DNA of 24,000 bases from Acetobacterium bakii. Its GTDB lineage: Bacteria; Bacillota; Clostridia; Eubacteriales; Eubacteriaceae. The notes under the pieces are model-generated. The model made no database searches. It saw nothing but the letters and a program-made list of their open reading frames with translations, and was not told the DNA's origin. The position numbers and the translations under genes were made by a program. Each line of letters begins with the position of its first letter. Within the stretch, counting starts at the first letter, position 1. Positions 17,859 to 24,000 of the stretch are shown here, one piece after another. The DNA lies in NCBI RefSeq assembly GCF_001263355.1, contig NZ_LGYO01000001.1, forward strand, positions 6,340 to 30,339. Reading direction: 5' to 3'.

Positions 17859-18651
17859 ATATACTAATCTTGTCATTGTACGGGGCGCCGGAGATATTGC
17901 AAGCGGTACCATTTGCCGTTTGTATCAGTGCGGCTTTGCAGTGGCAGCTCTGGAAGCGGAAAAACCCACTGTTATCCGAAGATGGGCGGCTTTTGCATCA
18001 GCGGTGACTGAGGGGGAAGTGACGGTGGAAGATCTGACGGCGCTCCGCTGCGACACTGAACAAGAGATTGCAGAGGCGCTTGAGACTGGAAAAATCCCCA
18101 TCTGCGTGGATCCGGAAGGAATATGGATAAAAAAACTGAATCCCTTTGCAGTGGTGGATGCAATCTTGGCAAAAAAAAATATAGGAACTACCCGTGAGAT
18201 GGCGCCCATCGTTATTGGATTGGGGCCAGGATTTACTGCAGGGATGGATGTGGATGCTGTTATTGAAACCAATCGCGGGCACGATTTGGGCCGCGTGATT
18301 TATAAAGGAGCAGCTGCCGAAAACACTGGTGTTCCTGGAAGTATCGATGGGTATACCCATGAACGGGTTATCCGTGCACCATCAGCAGGAGTTGTCAGGA
18401 TTGTCAGGGACATTGGAACTGTGGTGAAAGCGGGAGACTGTCTGGCCGTTATTGACGGAAGGGAGGTGATGTCAAAAATCGCCGGTGTGGTTCGGGGAAT
18501 TATAGCTGATGGCAGCAGTGTTTTTAAGGGAATGAAAATTGCAGATGTGGATCCGAGAGGCAATGCGGGCTATTGTAATACCATTTCAGATAAGGCCAGA
18601 AATCTCAGCGGTGGCGTTCTGGAGGCGATTATTCATTACGTGGCAAAATAA
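17839..18651 (+). CDS. yqeB: Selenium-dependent molybdenum hydroxylase maturation protein YqeB (EF2563 family)
   Basis: VIVRGAGDIASGTICRLYQCGFAVAALEAEKPTVIRRWAAFASAV..., VIGLGPGFTAGMDVDAVIETNRGHDLGRVI..., HYVAK. Confidence 0.88.
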   Translation: MPKNISEYTNLVIVRGAGDIASGTICRLYQCGFAVAALEAEKPTVIRRWAAFASAVTEGEVTVEDLTALRCDTEQEIAEALETGKIPICVDPEGIWIKKLNPFAVVDAILAKKNIGTTREMAPIVIGLGPGFTAGMDVDAVIETNRGHDLGRVIYKGAAAENTGVPGSIDGYTHERVIRAPSAGVVRIVRDIGTVVKAGDCLAVIDGREVMSKIAGVVRGIIADGSSVFKGMKIADVDPRGNAGYCNTISDKARNLSGGVLEAIIHYVAK

Positions 18652-18663
18652 ATAAAGACAAAA

Positions 18664-18692
18664 TTGACAGGCAAGGGTCAGTCAACTATAAT
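18664..18692 (+). promoter_or_regulatory. Perfect consensus sigma-A promoter in the convergent intergenic region
   Basis: TTGACA (18664-18669), exactly 17-nt spacer, TATAAT (18687-18692). Confidence 0.75.
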
Positions 18693-18698
18693 GAATCG

Positions 18699-18842
18699 AA
18701 GACAAAGAGGTCTGACCAGTGGTATCCAAGCATGGACAGCATGTGAAAATAAATGAAAAAATTTGGCAAAATTTTATCAAACTTAATATAATATAAACAA
18801 AGGTGTTTGAAGATAAAATATTCTTCAGACACCTTTGTTTTA
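18699..18842 (+). ncRNA. Candidate small RNA (~140 nt) from consensus promoter to strong terminator
   Basis: Starts ~7 nt after TATAAT and ends at the 17-bp hairpin with T-run; no substantial ORF inside. Confidence 0.45.
18797..18842. terminator. Bidirectional rho-independent terminator
   Basis: acaaaggtgtttgaaga (18797-18813) / tcttcagacacctttgt (18822-18838), 17-bp stem with one G-U, followed by tttta; lies between convergent genes. Confidence 0.9.
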
Positions 18843-18870
18843 TTTGAAAGGATGTGTGCAGCTGGAGCGA

Positions 18871-20607
18871 TTAGTTGAAGTTCATATTCATGATGTAGGC
18901 TTCCATAAAATCGGCGCTATCGGCCAAGTTGACCTGTTTTGTATGGGATTGAATGGATTGGGTGCGCTGGTTTTCATGCTGGTTCAACAGACAAAGCTGG
19001 ACACCATGTCCTGCACCGTTGCCGATGGAGATGATTTTTTCTTTTGGAATAAGAGGGAGCAGGCCTATGGCCAGAGCGTTTTCAATATCGATGAAATTAC
19101 CAAAGGCACCAGCTAGGACGAGCGCATCTATATCATCAAGGACTAAGTCACATTCCTTCAAAAGGGTTAGACAGCCGGAATAGATGGAGCTTTTTGCCAA
19201 CTGAATCTGTCGGATGTCTTTTTGAGAGATGTAAACAGGCACTGTCTCGTTGGAAAAGTAAAAAACCACATCATCGGTCTCCAATAAGGTCAGTTGGGAA
19301 AAAAGTTGGCTGTCTGGACGTTTTTTGCGGTATTCATCGGGTGTAAGCAGATACCCTGTTTCGTCAATGATTTCGATGGATCGTAAGATGGCAACTGCGT
19401 CAACTATGGCAGATCCGCAAAGGCCGATGGGTTGTGTATCACCTATTACTTTAAAAGAAATGACGTCATTGGCCAGGGTGATTTTTTCGATGGCTCCTTC
19501 ACTGGCGCGCATGCCGCATTCAATATTGGCACCTTCCAGAGCAGGTCCGCAAGCAGTTGAAGCCGTATAGAATTGCTGGGTGTTACCAACTGCGATCTCA
19601 CCATTGGTGCCAAGGTCAATCATCAGGTATTTTTTTTCATCCTGGGGTAAAGTCAATAAAACAGCGGTTGTGTCAGCACCGACGAAACCGCCTAATAGCG
19701 GTAAAAATTCAATGGTTGAAAAATCGGGAAGATCTAAACCACAGTGAACATTATTAGTGAGAATGCTGTTCTGGGTGATGTTGGAAAAGGGAAAAACACC
19801 CAGTGCGATAGGATTAAGTTTGAAAAAAAGGTGCTGCATGGTGCTGTTACCGCAGAGGATGAGTTGATAGAGATGATCTCGTAAATGGGGGTGGTTGACG
19901 TAACATTTTTCAAGAAGGCTGTTGATAGTGGAGCGGATACAGTTGTTTTGTTCGGTTAAAGCAGTATCCTGTTCCTGGCAGGACAAGATACGGGTAATGA
20001 CATCGGCGCCAAAGGTGATTTGCTTGTTTAGGGCTGATTCCGTCTGGATCAATTCACCTGTTTTCAAATCGTATACATAGAGCACGACACTGGTGGTGCC
20101 AATGTCAATTGCTCCGCCAAACAGCCAGTCCGTAGTATCGCCTTTTTGGAAATCGATGATCTGACTCTGACGATAAACTGCGGTAAAGCCATCTTTTTCG
20201 GTGGTATTGATGATTACAGAAAACTTTTGAAGCAGGGGGGCGTTAGCGTTTTTTAGGTGATCACTATAGGTCTCAGGCATCATGTCTGAATGAAGGAAAT
20301 GCGTTTTAGAAATAGATGGATTAAAGATAACGTCTTGCGGAGCAAGATGATGGGTAAGGAGTGAAGCCTGGTCAAGAAATTGGGAGGCGTCAAGATAGAT
20401 CGTCAAATCTTCGGTAATTTCAAACTGGCAGGCCAGTTCATTTCGTTTCAGACCGTTGGATTCAATGGTGACAGAACATTTGCCACAGGTTCCTTTGCCG
20501 CCACAGACTAAATCAAGGGGAAATCCAGCTTTAGAAGAGGCATCGGCTAGGGTGCCGCCATTAACACAAATGGACATTTTTTGATTGATAAATGTAAGTT
20601 GATACAT
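18871..20607 (-). CDS. RACo-type ASKHA corrinoid activation protein (N-terminal [2Fe-2S] ferredoxin domain)
   Basis: CGGKGTCGKCSV...ACQF 2Fe-2S motif; GGAIDIGTTSVVLYVYDL, LIDLGTNGEIAVGN, VLAGAFGNFIDIENALAIGLLP. GTG at 20613 is an alternative start. Confidence 0.92.
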   Translation of the reverse strand: MYQLTFINQKMSICVNGGTLADASSKAGFPLDLVCGGKGTCGKCSVTIESNGLKRNELACQFEITEDLTIYLDASQFLDQASLLTHHLAPQDVIFNPSISKTHFLHSDMMPETYSDHLKNANAPLLQKFSVIINTTEKDGFTAVYRQSQIIDFQKGDTTDWLFGGAIDIGTTSVVLYVYDLKTGELIQTESALNKQITFGADVITRILSCQEQDTALTEQNNCIRSTINSLLEKCYVNHPHLRDHLYQLILCGNSTMQHLFFKLNPIALGVFPFSNITQNSILTNNVHCGLDLPDFSTIEFLPLLGGFVGADTTAVLLTLPQDEKKYLMIDLGTNGEIAVGNTQQFYTASTACGPALEGANIECGMRASEGAIEKITLANDVISFKVIGDTQPIGLCGSAIVDAVAILRSIEIIDETGYLLTPDEYRKKRPDSQLFSQLTLLETDDVVFYFSNETVPVYISQKDIRQIQLAKSSIYSGCLTLLKECDLVLDDIDALVLAGAFGNFIDIENALAIGLLPLIPKEKIISIGNGAGHGVQLCLLNQHENQRTQSIQSHTKQVNLADSADFMEAYIMNMNFN

Positions 20608-20634
20608 AGTCACCTCATAATATATTTTATAAAT

Positions 20635-21270
20635 TCAGTCAACAAGACGATGGGGACAATTTATTGAATCACATGTTTTGCAATCATGTTTCGTTGAATG
20701 AGATTCAATTTGGGAATCTGCACCAAAGTAATACAACATCGATTTTTCGGGTTCCAGCATATAATTTTCTGTCAAACTTACTTCAAGATTTGTTTCATCT
20801 TTCAGATTACGAAGAATGTTTTCCTGGACTTGTAAATCGATATTATTTTCACCTGGTGAATGACGTTTTGTTAACCTTAGTCCCAAATAGTTGATGGTAT
20901 TTTCGAGTTGCGTGTTCATCTGATTTGATGCATTAAATAGTATTTCATTTGAAATATGGTTTAAGAGGAATCCATCCAGAAATTCATTTTTTTGAATGAG
21001 GTCTTCAATGACTTCATTAATTTTATTTGAACACGAACAAAAGCATGAAACAACGTATTTACAGCAATCGATATTCGGAAGATTAAGATGAGTAATGTTT
21101 TTCCGGATACTATAACAGGTGGTGATTTTCAGATTTTCTTTGGCAAGTTTAATGAGCTTTGGGAAAACCTGATGGGTATATTTTGTAGCATTTTCATTTT
21201 CTTTCAGATGTAGCTGACGAAAAATTCGATCCTTGTCATAAATAAATTCGGTTTGTGTGAATACAACCAT
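20635..21270 (-). CDS. Corrinoid-locus accessory protein resembling the B12-dependent methionine synthase activation domain
   Basis: ~211 aa; NYMLEPEKSMLYYFGAD resembles the MetH-activation motif; C-terminal C-x2-C-x4-C cluster (CKTCDSINCPHR). Located between the RACo-type and PocR-AraC genes. Start moved to ATG 21270 (SD ggag). Confidence 0.55.
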   Translation of the reverse strand: MVVFTQTEFIYDKDRIFRQLHLKENENATKYTHQVFPKLIKLAKENLKITTCYSIRKNITHLNLPNIDCCKYVVSCFCSCSNKINEVIEDLIQKNEFLDGFLLNHISNEILFNASNQMNTQLENTINYLGLRLTKRHSPGENNIDLQVQENILRNLKDETNLEVSLTENYMLEPEKSMLYYFGADSQIESHSTKHDCKTCDSINCPHRLVD

Positions 21271-21282
21271 ATTGAACTCCAA

Positions 21283-22551
21283 TCATTTTTCCTGCAGTTG
21301 AGCAGTGATCCGTTTGCGGTACTCTTTTGGGGTTTCACAAAGGAGCTTTTTAAACACTTTTGTGAAATAGCTTTGATCTCCAAAACCGACTTGCAATGCA
21401 ATATCAGCAAAATTCATGTCCTTATTCTCAAGATAATCAAGACTTTTCTGGATTCGTTTATCATTCAGAAAAGTGGTGAAATTGACGCCTACTTCCTGAT
21501 TGAAAAGTTTTGATAAATATGTTTTACTGATGCGCAAATGAGAAGCGACGTCATTCAAAGTAATCTTTTCACAATATCCGTCATTGATAAAAACGAGCGC
21601 CTGTTTGATGATCTCTGATTGTACACGTACCAGAGAGTGGTACACATTATCAACAAAGTGATTGATAATATGAAAAATCCAATTGAATAGTTCAGTAATG
21701 TTATGAATCTGGCTCATGGAGAAGACCTGATTAATGTCAAAACTGAAGATTGTTTTTATCGAAGCACCACTGTCTATGGCTCTTTGAGAAAGGGTTCCAA
21801 ACAAATCAAGTACTCGGCCTTTAATATTTTCGAAATTTCCGCCTTCAATAATGAGAATTTCGTCATAGTACAATAACAAAATCTCCTGGACTTTTTCTTT
21901 GTTGCATTCTTCAACAAAACGGATTAGTTTATGTTCTAACGATGTTAACGTTGAGACATCTTCGAATGATGAAGTGGACTTGTTTTTATATTTTTTAATT
22001 TGATCACCAATATAAAGTTGGGTTTGGTATCTGGCATTGAGATGTTCATAATCTTGCCAATTTTTGTAGAAACCAAGCAGCGTGTTAAACAATAATGTTG
22101 AAAGACTTTGAATATGACTGGAATTATATATGATCATTTTGGAAATAGCAAGTGATATTTTTGGGAGCAATGCTTGAAAATCGGGATATAATTGGAAGGT
22201 TTTATCCAAAAATATTTCGTTGATATTCCCCATGACCAGGGGACCGATAATCACGTTGGCGAAGTATTTGTTATCAATAATGATAGGAATAGCAATATTG
22301 ATGAAGTTGGAAGGACAGGTAAAAATATAGGGTTCACCTAAATTAGCGGAGAATTGAGCGGAAAAAGAAAGTGTATCTTCACATTTTTTATTCAGATTGC
22401 CATAATGATCGCTGAAGATTGAACAAAACTTCAGTTCAGACAAGAATGTCATGATGATTTCGCCGGACGGTTGATAAACCGATACTGGTACGCCAGTACA
22501 CGTGCAAAAATCGGTTAGAACTTTTCTAAGTTTTTCGATGTGATCTTCCAT
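21283..22551 (-). CDS. PocR ligand-binding domain-containing AraC-family transcriptional regulator
   Basis: N-terminal PocR-like sensory region (VPVSVYQPSGEII...C), C-terminal double HTH (ITLNDVASHLRISKTYLSKLFNQEVGVNFTTFLNDKRIQKSLDYL...FADIALQVGFGDQSYFTKVFKKLLCETPKEYRK). Confidence 0.9.
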   Translation of the reverse strand: MEDHIEKLRKVLTDFCTCTGVPVSVYQPSGEIIMTFLSELKFCSIFSDHYGNLNKKCEDTLSFSAQFSANLGEPYIFTCPSNFINIAIPIIIDNKYFANVIIGPLVMGNINEIFLDKTFQLYPDFQALLPKISLAISKMIIYNSSHIQSLSTLLFNTLLGFYKNWQDYEHLNARYQTQLYIGDQIKKYKNKSTSSFEDVSTLTSLEHKLIRFVEECNKEKVQEILLLYYDEILIIEGGNFENIKGRVLDLFGTLSQRAIDSGASIKTIFSFDINQVFSMSQIHNITELFNWIFHIINHFVDNVYHSLVRVQSEIIKQALVFINDGYCEKITLNDVASHLRISKTYLSKLFNQEVGVNFTTFLNDKRIQKSLDYLENKDMNFADIALQVGFGDQSYFTKVFKKLLCETPKEYRKRITAQLQEK

Positions 22552-22652
22552 TGTATGCTCCTTCGTTTAAGAATTAAATTTTCCAATCAATCCCCAAAAA
22601 TTAAGAAAGAGAGAAATTTATGAGACATGCATATCGTAAAATCCCGTTTTAG

Positions 22653-22720
22653 GGTAAAATATTTAGTAAATCGTTAAGCTAAATAAGGGATGTTTTATTA
22701 CAATACATCAATATTTTACC
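22653..22720. promoter_or_regulatory. Operator-like inverted repeat in the divergent regulator/corrinoid-protein intergenic region
   Basis: Exact 11-bp inverted repeat ggtaaaatatt (22653-22663) / aatattttacc (22710-22720), followed by aaaac-atg-gtttt (22721-22733). Confidence 0.45.
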
Positions 22721-22841
22721 AAAACATGGTTTTTTGTCAAGAAAAAACAGAGGAATCACTTCAGACTTTGGGAGTTTATGAAAACGTAGTGCAATTCTAC
22801 AAAGACTTGTGTTGCATTTTCTATATTAAACATCATAAGCC

Positions 22842-22850
22842 TGATATAAT
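22842..22850 (+). promoter_or_regulatory. Extended -10 promoter element for the corrinoid protein operon
   Basis: TGATATAAT at 22842-22850 (TGnTATAAT), no good -35, ~33 nt before ATG 22883. Confidence 0.5.
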
Positions 22851-22882
22851 TTGTTTATTGGTTCAACAGTCAGGAGGACACA

Positions 22883-23518
22883 ATGTTGCCAACAAAAAAA
22901 ATATTTCAAAAGATAATTGAAGGAGATGAAGTTTGTACGGTTGAACTATGCCGTGAGTGTTTGTCAAATGGTTATGATGCCATGGAGATTCTGGAAAAGA
23001 GTATGATTCCGGCTATGGATCAATGTGGAGTATTATTGACAAATCGGAAGAGTTTTATTCCTCAGGTTTTAATGTCCACACGTGCTATGCAGGCTGGTAT
23101 AGAAGTCCTAAAACCTTATCTGAGTCAGCAGGAAAATAAGCTGATGATTTCGGAAACGGTTATTATTGGAACGGTCATGGGTGATGTCCATACCATTGGC
23201 AAAAATCTTGTTTCAATTATGCTTGAGAGTGTCGGTACCACGGTGATTGATTTGGGTGCGAACATCTCGGGAAAAGAGTTTATCGATGCCATTACAAAAT
23301 ACCAGGCAAGATTTGTGATGATGTCGGCTATGCTCACATCGGCGATGGTAAGTATGCGAAAGATTGTCAAAGAGATTAAAGATCATGAATTTGGTTGGGA
23401 TGTCGTCATTATCATTGGTGGGGTAATGGTTACCTTAGCATTTGCCAAAGAAATTGGAGTTGAATATGCTGAAAACGCTATCATCGGTATGGAAAAAATA
23501 TTAAAAATTCATGATTGA
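22883..23518 (+). CDS. Divergent corrinoid (B12-binding) methyltransferase protein
   Basis: N-terminal methionine-synthase-like B12 cap helices, GTVMGDVHTIGKNLVSIML (DxHxxG cobalt-ligand motif), MSAMLTSAM, IIIGGVMVT; SD caggagg. Confidence 0.9.
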   Translation: MLPTKKIFQKIIEGDEVCTVELCRECLSNGYDAMEILEKSMIPAMDQCGVLLTNRKSFIPQVLMSTRAMQAGIEVLKPYLSQQENKLMISETVIIGTVMGDVHTIGKNLVSIMLESVGTTVIDLGANISGKEFIDAITKYQARFVMMSAMLTSAMVSMRKIVKEIKDHEFGWDVVIIIGGVMVTLAFAKEIGVEYAENAIIGMEKILKIHD

Positions 23519-23589
23519 AAAAATATAATTAAAATGGTTTAACGACCTTTTGATAGAAAAGATAAAAATAGATTTAAGAGGAGGAACGT

Positions 23590-24000
23590 ATGTCACTATT
23601 AAATGAGATCAGCGAAGCTGTGATCGCTGGAAATGTAGAAGGTACAAGAGAAAAAGTTAAACTTGCTGTACAGCAAGAGGTCAATGCATCAAGCATTTTG
23701 AATGATGGTTTGATGGTCGGTATTAATGAAATTGGAGTGCGATTTGGTGCCGGTAAAATTTTCGTACCAACGGTTCTAATGGCTGCAAAAGCTATGCATG
23801 AAGGTGTAGAGGTGATTAAGCCCTTACTGGAAAGTGATGGTCCAACAACGGTTGGAAAAGCGATTGTCGGTACAGTCAAAGGAGATTTACACGACATTGG
23901 CAAGAAGCTGGTTGTTCTGATGATGCGAAGTGTGAACATCGACGTCATTGATATGGGCTCAAACGTTACTGCAGAACAGTTTATTGAGGGAATTAAAGAA
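23590..24000 (+). CDS. Corrinoid protein (B12-binding methyltransferase subunit), 3'-truncated by window end
   Basis: MSLLNEISEAVIAGNVEGTREKVKLAVQQEVNASSILNDGLMVGINEIGVRFGAGKIFVPTVLMAAKAMHEGVEVIKPLL...GTVKGDLHDIGKKLVVLMMRSVNIDVIDMGSNVTAEQFIEGIKE; open to the edge, SD gaggagg; absent from the supplied ORF track because it has no stop codon. Confidence 0.93.
   Translation, partial: MSLLNEISEAVIAGNVEGTREKVKLAVQQEVNASSILNDGLMVGINEIGVRFGAGKIFVPTVLMAAKAMHEGVEVIKPLLESDGPTTVGKAIVGTVKGDLHDIGKKLVVLMMRSVNIDVIDMGSNVTAEQFIEGIKE

Noticed and set aside
18835-19757. Several plus-strand ORFs (18835..19116, 18953..19183, 19325..19570, 19557..19757) antisense to the RACo-type gene
   Set aside because: Shadow ORFs on the opposite strand of a strongly supported CDS with no domain similarity.
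22690-22920. 76-aa plus-strand ORF overlapping the start of the first corrinoid protein
   Set aside because: Covers the promoter region and overlaps the corrinoid start codon in another frame; no SD or family resemblance.
1-24000. CRISPR arrays, tRNA/rRNA genes, prophage or defence islands
   Set aside because: No regularly spaced repeats, no tRNA-like cloverleaf sequences and no phage/defence proteins were recognised in the window.

Overview
The window looks like a chromosomal segment of an acetogenic Clostridia species (Acetobacterium/Eubacterium-like; the taxon is inferred from gene content). From left to right it contains: a SPASM/radical-SAM maturase of the SCIFF type; rho; rpmE; prmC; efp; a CD1247-like zinc-ribbon protein; an Asp23 family gene; a small MITE-like inverted-repeat element; nusB; a Kae1/TsaD-like gene; xseA; xseB; an ispA-type prenyl synthase; a ~570-nt non-coding region whose neighbourhood and downstream oapA-like membrane protein identify it as an OLE RNA; tlyA; nadK; argR; recN; pduL; lgt; a MobA-like nucleotidyltransferase with yqeB (Se-dependent Mo-hydroxylase maturation); and a corrinoid methyl-transfer locus. 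That locus has a minus-strand RACo-type activator, a MetH-activation-like protein and a PocR-AraC regulator, divergent from two tandem corrinoid proteins; the second runs off the window and is missing from the ORF track. The most notable items are the OLE RNA with oapA, a candidate sRNA (TTGACA-17-TATAAT promoter followed by a strong terminator, no substantial ORF) at ~18.70-18.84 kb, the MITE-like element at ~6.2-6.34 kb, and the tandem divergent corrinoid proteins with an accessory activator-like protein.
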